A stretch of DNA of 64,000 nt from a candidate division FCPU426 bacterium (GTDB lineage Bacteria > Oederibacteriota > Muellerivitia > Muellerivitales > Muellerivitaceae), in NCBI GenBank assembly GCA_963771075.1, contig CAVYSE010000018.1, positions 128,001 through 192,000 of the forward strand, given 5' to 3'. Positions 20,230 to 30,100 of this stretch are shown piece by piece. Positions within the stretch are counted from its first letter, which is position 1. Every line of letters starts with the position of its first letter. Below the pieces are notes generated by a model that was given only the letters and a program-made list of their open reading frames with translations, was not told the origin of the DNA and did not search any database. The position numbers and the translations under genes were made by a program.

Positions 20230-21102
20230 ATGCGCAGTATGACGGGTTTTGGCCGGGGTACAGGGCAGGGCAAGACGGTACAGGTAGTGGCAGAGATCAA
20301 GACCGTAAATCACAAATACCATGACCTTTCCTTGAAGGTGCCCCTCTCCTATCAATTTCTCGAACCCGAAATGAGGGAACTTATCCTTGCCTCCGTGACC
20401 CGCGGTAAGGTTGATTTTTTCCTGAAAGACTTGTCTCCCAACCGTTCCCGAACGGTTGAGGTCAATGAACCCCTTTTAACCCAATATCTTCAGGCGGCCC
20501 AGAAGGCGGCCAAAAAACATAAATTGAAGGGGGACCTTTCCGTGGAAGCCTTGCTGAGGCTGCCGGATGTCTTGAGCGTCACAGAATCAGACCGGCAGGA
20601 AGCCGACCAGAAGAAAGCGGCGTTGGAATCGGTCGGGGAAGCGCTGAAAGCTTTGGAAAAAATGAGACTCGCTGAAGGATCTAGACTGTCCAAGGATATT
20701 CTGGAAAGGGCCAAGGATATCTCCGCGACCATCCAATTGCTGCGGGCCCGGCATAAGATCCTTGTCGCGGATAAAATCAAGCTTTTCAAGGAAAAGATCG
20801 CTGAATTCCTTCCCGAACCCCTCGTGGATCAGACCCGGGTTGCAACCGAGGAAGCGGTTCTGCTTCAACGCTTTGACATCTCAGAGGAAATGACCCGTTT
20901 GGAAAGCCACTTGACCGCCCTGCAGGAAACGCTGAAGGAAAAAGGGAGTGTGGGGCGCAAATTGGATTTTCTAATCCAGGAAATGAACCGGGAAACTAAC
21001 ACCATCGGCTCCAAATCCGCCGACGCCAAAATGGCCCAGGGGGTCGTGCGGTTGAAGGAATTGTTGGAACAGATCCGGGAACAGATCCAAAACATCGAGT
21101 AG
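20230..21102 (+). CDS. yicC: YicC/YloC-family endoribonuclease
   Basis: MRSMTGFG, GRKLDFLIQEMNRETNTIGSK, REQIQNIE. Confidence 0.95.
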   Translation: MRSMTGFGRGTGQGKTVQVVAEIKTVNHKYHDLSLKVPLSYQFLEPEMRELILASVTRGKVDFFLKDLSPNRSRTVEVNEPLLTQYLQAAQKAAKKHKLKGDLSVEALLRLPDVLSVTESDRQEADQKKAALESVGEALKALEKMRLAEGSRLSKDILERAKDISATIQLLRARHKILVADKIKLFKEKIAEFLPEPLVDQTRVATEEAVLLQRFDISEEMTRLESHLTALQETLKEKGSVGRKLDFLIQEMNRETNTIGSKSADAKMAQGVVRLKELLEQIREQIQNIE

Positions 21103-21250
21103 AAGCTGCTTGCGCAGTTCATGAAAAATTGGGCCCAACAAACTTTTGGAAATGCGTTTGGGCTTTTTATCAAACTTTAATAAGGTCTTGTAATAATACG
21201 GAATAGAAAGTTTGGCTTTGTGAAATTTGTGTTCTTTGGGGTGAAGGTTC

Positions 21251-21847
21251 ATGGTTAAAAAAGGACTCGTGATTGTTCTTTCCGCGCCCTCGGGTGGCGG
21301 GAAGACCACCCTGGCGGAGCGTCTTCTCAAACAGGAAAAAAATCTCATCCGTTCGATTTCGTGCACCACCCGAAAACCCAGGCCAGGCGAGAAAAGCGGA
21401 AAAGCCTATTTTTTTGTATCCGAAAAGAGGTTCCGGTCCGAGATGAAAAAAAACGGATTCCTGGAATGGGCGAAGGTCCACGGCCACTATTACGGAACTC
21501 CCAAACGATGGGTCGGCCAACAACTCCGAAGAGGCAAGGATGTCCTATTCGTCATTGATGTCCAGGGAGGGGCTGCGCTTAAACGCCAGGATGCGGGGGC
21601 TCTGTTGATCTTTGTGAATCCTCCCACCTTGAGGGCTCTACGGGACCGGTTGCTCAAACGCGGCGACAACAGCCCCCGAGACCTGGCCCTTCGGTTGAAA
21701 AACGCCAAAAGTGAAATAAAACAAGGCCGCCAATATGATTACCGGGTTGTGAATGACCAAATTCCACGAGCCGTAAGGGAAATCAGGGGTATTTTGCGGC
21801 TTGTTCGACAGGCGAGGGCCAGAGTTTGGACGCTAGGGGCTGATTGA
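21251..21847 (+). CDS. gmk: Guanylate kinase
   Basis: SAPSGGGKTT, SCTTRKPRPGE, YYGT, IDVQG. Confidence 0.96.
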   Translation: MVKKGLVIVLSAPSGGGKTTLAERLLKQEKNLIRSISCTTRKPRPGEKSGKAYFFVSEKRFRSEMKKNGFLEWAKVHGHYYGTPKRWVGQQLRRGKDVLFVIDVQGGAALKRQDAGALLIFVNPPTLRALRDRLLKRGDNSPRDLALRLKNAKSEIKQGRQYDYRVVNDQIPRAVREIRGILRLVRQARARVWTLGAD

Positions 21848-21948
21848 TTACCTGGAAAGACGGGCCCTTTTTATACATTTTTCGCCCTTTTTCAGTATAA
21901 TTCCATCCCTTGGCGGCAATGGAGCCGCCTTAAAACGCTGGAGGTCGC

Positions 21949-22191
21949 ATGGCAATCACGACGGATGACAAGCTTAATTCGACTTTTGTGAATCCCGAAA
22001 ACAAGTACCTTTCGGTTTTGGCCGCCTCGAAAAGAGCCCGCCAATTGCTGGACAAGGCCGAGAAGCACAACCTGACCGTGGACACGGAAAAAGTCATTTT
22101 GCAGGCCTTAATGGAGTTCCGCGAGGGAAAGGTGCAATTCACCTTCTCCGACGCGCCCGTTAAAAAGAAGAAAGATAAAGAAAAGGATTAA
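21949..22191 (+). CDS. rpoZ: RNA polymerase omega subunit
   Basis: NKYLSVLAASKRARQL, ALME; gmk-rpoZ-coaBC synteny. Confidence 0.85.
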   Translation: MAITTDDKLNSTFVNPENKYLSVLAASKRARQLLDKAEKHNLTVDTEKVILQALMEFREGKVQFTFSDAPVKKKKDKEKD

Positions 22192-22242
22192 AAGCGGCTT
22201 CCCCGGCCAGTGGTTGGCTAGCGGTTGCCGGCTGAAACGAGG

Positions 22243-23499
22243 ATGACCCAAGCCATCCGAAAACCCAGGGTACTCCTTGGCGTCACAGGTAGTGTGGCCG
22301 CCTACAAGGCCGTGGAACTCATCCAAGCCTTAAAAGTATTCGCGGAAGTCCGAGTGGTAGCCACCGAAGCGGGAGGGAAGCTGGTGCCCCTCTCAGCCTT
22401 AAAAAAAGCGTCCGGTTTCCCGGTTTGGAAAAGTTTGTTCGCCGGCTCAACGCCCATTCCTCCCGGCACCCCCAGCGGATCCCATCCCCGCGCCACGGTT
22501 CCCCACATTGAATACGCCAAACAGGCGGATTTGATCCTCATTGCCCCCGCCACGGCCAATTGCATGGCGAAGCTTTCGTTGGGAATAGCGGATGACCTTC
22601 TCACTTCGTTGTGCCTATACGCGGAATGCCCCCTTTGGCTCGCGCCAGCCATGAACGTCAATATGTGGAACCATCCCGCCACGAGGAAAAATCACCATAT
22701 CCTTTTGGGAAGAGGCGTTCGATTCCTTGGACCGGATAGGGGTTTCCTGGCTTGCGGCGACGTGGGGGAAGGGCGGTTCGCGGAACCCCTTGAAATCGCG
22801 TCACAGGTGGAAAGTTATTTCAAAAAAAACAAAACCTGGAGGGGTTTAAGGGTGGTGGTGACCGCCGGGCCCACCCAGGAAGCCCTTGATCCGGTGAGGG
22901 TTTTGACGAATCATTCCAGCGGGAAGATGGGGTACGCCCTGGCCCAGGCCGCCCTGAACCGGGGAGCGGAAGTGACCCTGCTGCATGGTCCGGTCTCCCT
23001 GGCCCCCCTGACAAGGGCGAAGATGGTCCCGGTGACCACCGCCCTGGAATTGCGTGCCGAGGTTTTAAAAGCCTTGCCGCACACAGACCTTCTCATTATG
23101 GCGGCGGCCGTAGCGGATTACCGTCCGGCCCAACCATCCCGGAACAAGATTAAAAAATCAAAATCCAGGTTGAGTCTCCGTTTGGTAAAAAATCCGGATA
23201 TCTTGGGGGAGGTATTAAAGCGCCGGGGTCCACGACAGGTGATCGTGGGGTTCGCCGCCGAAACCGACCATTTGCGCTCGAAAGCCGAAAAAAAGTGGAA
23301 TCATAAGCCCTGTGATATCCTGGCGGCCAACCGTGTGGGCAAGGGTCGCGTTTTCGGGACCGATCAAAATGAGTTGTTGGTTTTTTCAAGATTGTCCTCC
23401 AAGCCCACTCCGATAGGGCCCGCTACCAAAGCCACCATCGCCGAGAAGTTGTTGGAATTAACCGAGCCGTTATTAAAATCTGTTCATTTAAAAGGCTGA
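22243..23499 (+). CDS. coaBC: Bifunctional PPC decarboxylase / PPC synthetase
   Basis: GSVAAYK, PATAN, PAMN..M, LACGDVGEGR, NHSSGKMG, AAVADY, GFAAET. Confidence 0.96.
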   Translation: MTQAIRKPRVLLGVTGSVAAYKAVELIQALKVFAEVRVVATEAGGKLVPLSALKKASGFPVWKSLFAGSTPIPPGTPSGSHPRATVPHIEYAKQADLILIAPATANCMAKLSLGIADDLLTSLCLYAECPLWLAPAMNVNMWNHPATRKNHHILLGRGVRFLGPDRGFLACGDVGEGRFAEPLEIASQVESYFKKNKTWRGLRVVVTAGPTQEALDPVRVLTNHSSGKMGYALAQAALNRGAEVTLLHGPVSLAPLTRAKMVPVTTALELRAEVLKALPHTDLLIMAAAVADYRPAQPSRNKIKKSKSRLSLRLVKNPDILGEVLKRRGPRQVIVGFAAETDHLRSKAEKKWNHKPCDILAANRVGKGRVFGTDQNELLVFSRLSSKPTPIGPATKATIAEKLLELTEPLLKSVHLKG

Positions 23500-23501
23500 A
23501 T

Positions 23502-25175
23502 ATGAAAATTTGGATTTATCTCATCGCGTTCCTTTTGACGAGTTTGACCTACGGACAAAATGGACAAGTTCCAACCACCCAGGGAAAACCGCTTTTCGTA
23601 CCCGGCGAAGTCCTGGTCCGTCTCAAGGAGAATACGGCAGGTGCGGATAAAGCCCGCCTATTGGGGGCAAAAGCCCATGCCGCCCCATCGGAACTCAAGG
23701 GGGTCTACCGTCTTGAATTGGAGGCGGGGGAAGATGTCCAAGCCCGCGTGGAAGAATTAAAAAAAGATCCGGCGGTGGACCTGGTCCAACCCAATTATTG
23801 CTATTACGCCTCATCCGCTCCCGCCTCCTGCAGCCCGAACGTCCTTAATTTCGCTACGCCAGAATATTGGCCCTTGACGATCATTCAAGCTCCCCAAGCA
23901 TGGGCGACGATCAACGGAAGCTGCTCGCCCCTTTTACTAGGCGCCGGTGTGACCGTGGCGGTGTTGGATACGGGAGTTTCGGTGACCCATCCAGGTTTGA
24001 CGGGAGTCAGCGTTTCAGGGTCAGTGACGAACAGTGTTTCCGGGGGTATCAATACCGCCGATGATTACGGCCATGGAACCTACGTCGCGGGTATCCTGGC
24101 CGGTCAATGGAACGCCAATGGGATGGCGGGATTGGCTCCCGGCATTACCCTCATGCCGATCAAGGTATTGGACCATTGCGGTAAGGGTAATTCGGACGAG
24201 ATCGCCGCGGGAACAATCTTTGCGGTGAACCATGGGGCTCGAGTCCTTAATTTTTCACTCGGCGGTCCGGGTCAAGACGACCTGGAACAGGAAGCCATTG
24301 ACCAGGCCCTTTCCGCCGGTTGCGTGGTGGTGGCGGCGTCGGGAAACGAATCAAACCTGCCGGGTACCCTTGCCCCACTGAATTACCCGGCGGCCTATCC
24401 CGGTGTGCTTTCCGTGGGAGCCAGTGACGAAAACGACCATGTGGCACCCTATTCGAACGGCGGCACTGGGTTAGAAATGGTGGCCCCCGGTGGAACCTAT
24501 TCGGGATTACCTGCACCTAGCCCGAGTAATTTTTCCTTATTCGCATCCCAGTTGATTTTCAGCACGATTCTTGACCCGAGCGCTCCTCTCTGCGCGCCCG
24601 TGACCCAATCCGATTTTATACTAGACCCGGCAAATCCCTTGTATGGCGTAGCGGCCGGCACCTCCGCCGCCACTCCTTTTGTTTCCGCTACCGCAGCTTT
24701 GTTGTTTTCGGTTCATCCCGACATGACGAATAACCAGGTAGTCAATGCCATCGTCAATAACACTGAAAGTCTCAATGGGAATACCGGATGGGACGCTGAA
24801 ACCGGCTATGGCCGCTTGAATGTCTACCAAGCCCTTCTCAACGCCCAAAACTCAACTGGGAAAATCACGCCTTTTCTCAAAACCTTCAACTATCCCAACC
24901 CCTTTTATCCTGACATGACGCCCTCCATCACCATCACGGTGCCCCTGGCTTCGTCCCAGATGGTTGAATTGACCATCAGGGATTCGGGTGGAAAATTGGT
25001 TTTTCACGAAATCACCCCGGCCCTTCCGCAATTTAAATCCTTCGGTATCACTTGGGACGGGCGGAACTCCACGGGCCAATTGGTCACGACTGGAATATAT
25101 TTTTATACCGTGACTGCGGGCGGGGTGACGGGCCACAATAAGATCGTCGTGGTACGCGGAAGCACGAGCCCATGA
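23502..25175 (+). CDS. S8 subtilase with prodomain and C-terminal FlgD-Ig/T9SS-CTD-like domain
   Basis: Signal peptide, VLDTG / HGTYVAG / GTSAATP triad, NYPNPF...WDGRN...GIY...KIVVVR. Confidence 0.92.
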   Translation: MKIWIYLIAFLLTSLTYGQNGQVPTTQGKPLFVPGEVLVRLKENTAGADKARLLGAKAHAAPSELKGVYRLELEAGEDVQARVEELKKDPAVDLVQPNYCYYASSAPASCSPNVLNFATPEYWPLTIIQAPQAWATINGSCSPLLLGAGVTVAVLDTGVSVTHPGLTGVSVSGSVTNSVSGGINTADDYGHGTYVAGILAGQWNANGMAGLAPGITLMPIKVLDHCGKGNSDEIAAGTIFAVNHGARVLNFSLGGPGQDDLEQEAIDQALSAGCVVVAASGNESNLPGTLAPLNYPAAYPGVLSVGASDENDHVAPYSNGGTGLEMVAPGGTYSGLPAPSPSNFSLFASQLIFSTILDPSAPLCAPVTQSDFILDPANPLYGVAAGTSAATPFVSATAALLFSVHPDMTNNQVVNAIVNNTESLNGNTGWDAETGYGRLNVYQALLNAQNSTGKITPFLKTFNYPNPFYPDMTPSITITVPLASSQMVELTIRDSGGKLVFHEITPALPQFKSFGITWDGRNSTGQLVTTGIYFYTVTAGGVTGHNKIVVVRGSTSP

Positions 25176-26167
25176 AAAAGCTTCTTCCGGGTTGGTTTCT
25201 AATGTTTTTATTTGCATTTAGGTGTTTTTTACCCTCCGGTGCCTTTGCCTCGGGGGGCCAACGCCCAAATGCCTATACCGAATATGGCGTAGGGGGGGCG
25301 CCGGAAGCCATGGCCGGGGCCGCGGTCGGGTTAAGGAACGATCCGTCTTGCGGTTTTTGGAACCCGGCGGGTTTAACCGCCGTCAAGAATATTCAAATCG
25401 AGGCGCAGAACAGCTTCCTATCCCTCAATCAATCCCTTGATTACTACTCTTTCAGCGCAAACCTCCAAGACTCGGTCTATTGCGGGTTGTCCCTATTGGC
25501 CTATAGCGCCGGAAATGACTTGGAGGTCCGAAATGGAAATTCCATGAACCCAGACAGCATCCTGAGCGACGCGGAATACACCGGTCTCCTATCAGGCGCA
25601 TTCCGTTTGAGCCCCCATTGGGCGGGGGGCTTCAATTTGAAACTTCTCCTGAATAATCTGGGAAACGTTCAAAGTGCGAATGGAACTGGTTTTGGCTTTG
25701 ACACGGGGCTTCAGTACCGGGTCGATAACGACACGACCATTGGGCTGGTGGTCCAGGATCCCTATACGGTTTTCACCTATCAAGATTCTTTCTCGACCGT
25801 GATTCCCACAACATTCCGGTGGGGGATGAACCGGCGGGAAGAGTCTTTGCGGGGAAACTGGGCCTTTGACCTGGAATGGAGCCAAGACCTGGGTTTCCAA
25901 CCGCGCCTTGGGGCCGAATGGTTTCCCTTTGAGGTGCTCGCCTTGCGGGCTGGAGTTTGGGCGGGAGGCTTGAATTCAGGTGATAACGGAGTCGGCCCGA
26001 CCCTCAATTTGACTTGCGGTCTCGGGATTTTAATACCGCTTCGAAAATCTTTTGTCCCTCGGCAATCTGGCGTGGATCAAATTATCATCGATTATTCATT
26101 GATTCCCGATCCCCAACAGCCGGGAGCGGTCTTGAATCAAATCGCGGCATCGGGCAAATTTATGTAA
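25172..26167 (+). CDS. PorV/FadL-like outer-membrane beta-barrel
   Basis: Signal peptide, GVGG...AMAGA, FWNPAGL, GFGFDTG, GAEW..LALRAG; ATGA overlap with the subtilase. Confidence 0.8.
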   Translation: MKKLLPGWFLMFLFAFRCFLPSGAFASGGQRPNAYTEYGVGGAPEAMAGAAVGLRNDPSCGFWNPAGLTAVKNIQIEAQNSFLSLNQSLDYYSFSANLQDSVYCGLSLLAYSAGNDLEVRNGNSMNPDSILSDAEYTGLLSGAFRLSPHWAGGFNLKLLLNNLGNVQSANGTGFGFDTGLQYRVDNDTTIGLVVQDPYTVFTYQDSFSTVIPTTFRWGMNRREESLRGNWAFDLEWSQDLGFQPRLGAEWFPFEVLALRAGVWAGGLNSGDNGVGPTLNLTCGLGILIPLRKSFVPRQSGVDQIIIDYSLIPDPQQPGAVLNQIAASGKFM

Positions 26168-26216
26168 TCCGATGGTTCTCGGCCGGACATTTTTAATAAT
26201 GAATTGGAAAAAAGTC

Positions 26217-27041
26217 ATGTCTCAACCAAATTCGTTAAAACAACAATTGGAAACCTGCCGGAGACTAGGCATCCGGTATTTGTCCATGCCCAAAGAGAAC
26301 CCTTCCTCCGGAGGCGTCGGGCAATCAGACCGGACGCCCCTGGATCAAGAAGGCCTCAAAAACCACCCAGCGGTAAAGGCTATCCCGAAACCTGAATTAA
26401 ATGCCCCCTCTTCCCCGACAAGGCGTTCTTTGAAAATGCTTTCCCGGGATTCATGGATGACCCTGAACCAGGACAGCGTGGAGGGGATGGAACTAACCGC
26501 GTACGAAGCGGATATCCACGATTGTCAAAACTGCGCCCTTGGTGCGACCCGAACCCGGTTCGTTTTCGGGAGCGGCAACCCAAAAGCGGAGGTGATGTTT
26601 GTGGGGGAGGCTCCAGGGGCGGATGAGGATGCCCAGGGTTTACCCTTTGTCGGACGAGCTGGACAACTTTTGACCAAGATTATCGAGTCCACTAAAACCT
26701 GGAAAAGGGAGGAGGTATTCATTTGCAATGTGTTGAAATGCCGGCCTCCGGGAAACCGCACTCCCTTGCCGGAGGAAGTCGAGCACTGCAGGCCTTACCT
26801 TGAGGAACAGGTCCGCATCATCAAGCCCAAACTGATTATGGCGCTGGGGGCCAGCGCCGCCCAGGCGCTTTTGTCCACCAAAGAGCCGGTTGGAAAACTT
26901 CGTAACCGATGGCATGATTATTCGGGTATTCCACTCAGGGTCACTTACCATCCTGCTGCTTTATTAAGGTTTGAGGGATATAAGAAGGATGTTTGGGCTG
27001 ATATGAAGGAATTTTCAACGAAATACGGGTTAATTAAATGA
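26217..27041 (+). CDS. Uracil-DNA glycosylase family 4 (Fe-S); start uncertain
   Basis: Cxx[32 protein letters not shown]. Confidence 0.93.
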   Translation: MSQPNSLKQQLETCRRLGIRYLSMPKENPSSGGVGQSDRTPLDQEGLKNHPAVKAIPKPELNAPSSPTRRSLKMLSRDSWMTLNQDSVEGMELTAYEADIHDCQNCALGATRTRFVFGSGNPKAEVMFVGEAPGADEDAQGLPFVGRAGQLLTKIIESTKTWKREEVFICNVLKCRPPGNRTPLPEEVEHCRPYLEEQVRIIKPKLIMALGASAAQALLSTKEPVGKLRNRWHDYSGIPLRVTYHPAALLRFEGYKKDVWADMKEFSTKYGLIK

Positions 27042-27136
27042 AAATAAGAGCTTCAAGGGGAATTATTGTTTGCCGTTAAACCTGTATAATCCGGTGAAAA
27101 TAAATTCCCCATTCTTCTAATGAACGGTAAGTCTCA

Positions 27137-30100
27137 ATGATGTGCAATAAATGGAAATTTAAATCTGCTTTGGCATTAATATTCGTGTTCATTGTCACGC
27201 CCTCTGTTTTCGCGGATTGCCTTGTTTCGGATCAATTTAACAATGAAATCCTTCCGGCTTGGACAGCGCTCGATATTGGTACCGCCTCACTTGGTGTTAC
27301 CTCTGTCGGTTCAGTCCTAACCATGACCAGCAATGACCCCGGTATGCCCGGCGGCGGGGGAACCACTTCGGATTCATTTTATTATCTTTATCAATCTTCC
27401 ACTGGTGATCCGGAGGTTACACTCCAAATCGATTCGATGCCGGCCGCCACCGGGGGCCGATTGGGGATCATGTTCCGAAATGGTATCCCGCCCGGGGATG
27501 TTTTCGCCTATGTTTTTGCCGCGACGACCGGGGCGGGCACGGGAAGTTTTAATACCATGTATAGGAATCCCGCGAATACCGGCAACCAAACATTAGGTAC
27601 AGCGGCTGGGAATTGGACAACCGCGACTCTTCCGGTTTATGTACGGATGTCGAAGGCGGGCACGAATTTTGACGCTTATTTCTCGAACGACGGGAATACC
27701 TGGACGAGGTTTGCCAACATTGGCGTTGCAGGATTTACCGCATCTCCCTATTTGGTGGGCATAGCCCTGGCTTCAGCGAATAATGTAGCGCCGGGCGACA
27801 CAGGTTCGGTCGAAGATTTTAGCGTCATATCGGGTTACTGTACCCAAACCAACACACCGACTTTTTCCAGTACGACTACCCCGACCCAGACCCCCACACT
27901 CACGCCGACGATCACGAATACCGTGACCCTGACTCCGACGGTGACCTTGACACCGACTGAGAGCTACACGATCACGCTTACGCCGACGATCACCGATACC
28001 GTGACCTTGACGCCAACGATCACGAATACGGAAACCCTGACTCCGACCATCACGCCGACCTTCACGGCTACACCCACGGTAACGATGACCTATACGGTGA
28101 CCCAGACGCCGCCGGTACTCAATATAGTTCGTGTGACGCCACCCGTGGATGCGACGGTGATACCGGGAAGCCAGGGAGTGTCGGTGGTTCAAGTGAAAGT
28201 CAGCAACAACGATGGGGAGGGAGTGAACCTCAATTACGTGGTATTGCAGGCGACAGGGACGGGGGATTCGTTGCCGGTTAACGTCACGGCGGTGAATTTG
28301 TACAAGGGCTCAACCTTGTTGGCAAGTTCGACCTATTCGGGGACGTCGCCGAACGAATATGTCACCCTGGGAGGATTCCCGTTGGATGGGATAGGGGCGG
28401 GGTTATCGCAGAATTACATGATTACGTATGATTTCGCGGGTGGAGCGGGGTTGGGGACCTATGGGATGAACGTGGTTGGAGCGGGGGGGGTGGGACAAAG
28501 TACGGGACAACTGGTCCAGTTAACGGGGGTGCCGTTTGCGGGGGCAACGATCATGGTGGCGGCGGCGACTCCCACACCAACCTTTACGGCGACGAGCAGT
28601 TTCACCTCTACATCGACCTGGACGGGTACCTCGACGCCGACGATCACCCTGACTCCGACGGTGACCCTGACGCCGACCCCGAGCTACACGATCACGCTTA
28701 CCCCAACGATCACGAACACGGTGACCCTAACTCCGACGGTGACCTTGACGCCGACTGAGAGCTACACGATCACACTCACGCCGACGATCACGAATACCGT
28801 GACCCTGACCCCGACGGTGACTTTGACACCGACTGAGAGCTACACGATCACGCTTACGCCGACGATCACCGATACCGTGACCTTGACGCCAACGATCACG
28901 AATACGGAAACCCTGACTCCGACCATCACGCCAACCTTCACGGCTACACCCACGGTAACGATGACCTATACGGTGACCCAGACGCCGCCGGTACTCAATA
29001 TAGTTCGTGTGACGCCACCCGTGGATGCGACGGTGATACCGGGAAGCCAGGGAGTGTCGGTGGTTCAAGTGAAAGTCAGCAACAACGATGGGGAGGGAGT
29101 GAACCTCAATTACGTGGTATTGCAGGCGACAGGGACGGGGGAATCGTTGCCGGTTAACGTCACGGCGGTGAATTTGTACAAGGGCTCAACCTTGTTGGCA
29201 AGTTCGACCTATTCGGGGACGTCGCCGAACGAATATGTCACCCTGGGAGGATTCCCGTTGGATGGGATAGGGGCGGGGTTATCGCAGAATTACATGATTA
29301 CGTATGATTTCGCGGGTGGAGCGGGGTTGGGGACCTATGGGATGAACGTGGTTGGAGCGGGGGGGGTGGGACAAAGTACGGGACAACTGGTCCAGTTAAC
29401 GGGGGTGCCGTTTGCGGGGGCAACGATCATGGTGGCGGCGGCGACTCCCACACCAACCTTTACGGCGACGAGCAGTTTCACCTCTACATCGACCTGGACG
29501 GGTACCTCGACGCCGACGATCACCCTGACTCCGACGGTGACCCTGACGCCGACCCCGAGCTACACGATCACGCTTACCCCAACGATCACGAACACGGTGA
29601 CCCTAACTCCGACGGTGACCTTGACGCCGACTGAGAGCTACACGATCACACTCACGCCGACGATCACGAATACCGTGACCCTGACCCCGACGGTGACCTT
29701 GACACCGACTGAGAGCTACACGATCACACTTACGCCGACGATCACCGATACCGTGACCTTGACGCCAACGATCACGAATACGGAAACCCTGACTCCGACC
29801 ATCACGCCAACCTTCACGGCTACACCCACGGTAACGATGACCTATACGGTGACCCAGACGCCGCCGGTACTCAATATAGTTCGTGTGACGCCACCCGTGG
29901 ATACGACGGTGATACCGGGAAGCCAGGGAGTGTCGGTGGTTCAAGTGAAAGTCAGCAACAACGATGGGGAGGGAGTGAACCTCAGTTACGTGATATTGCA
30001 GGCGACAGGGACGGGGGAATCGTTGCCGGTTAACGTCACGGCGGTGAATTTGTACAAGGGCTCAACCTTGTTGGCAAGTTCGACCTATTCGGGGACGTCG

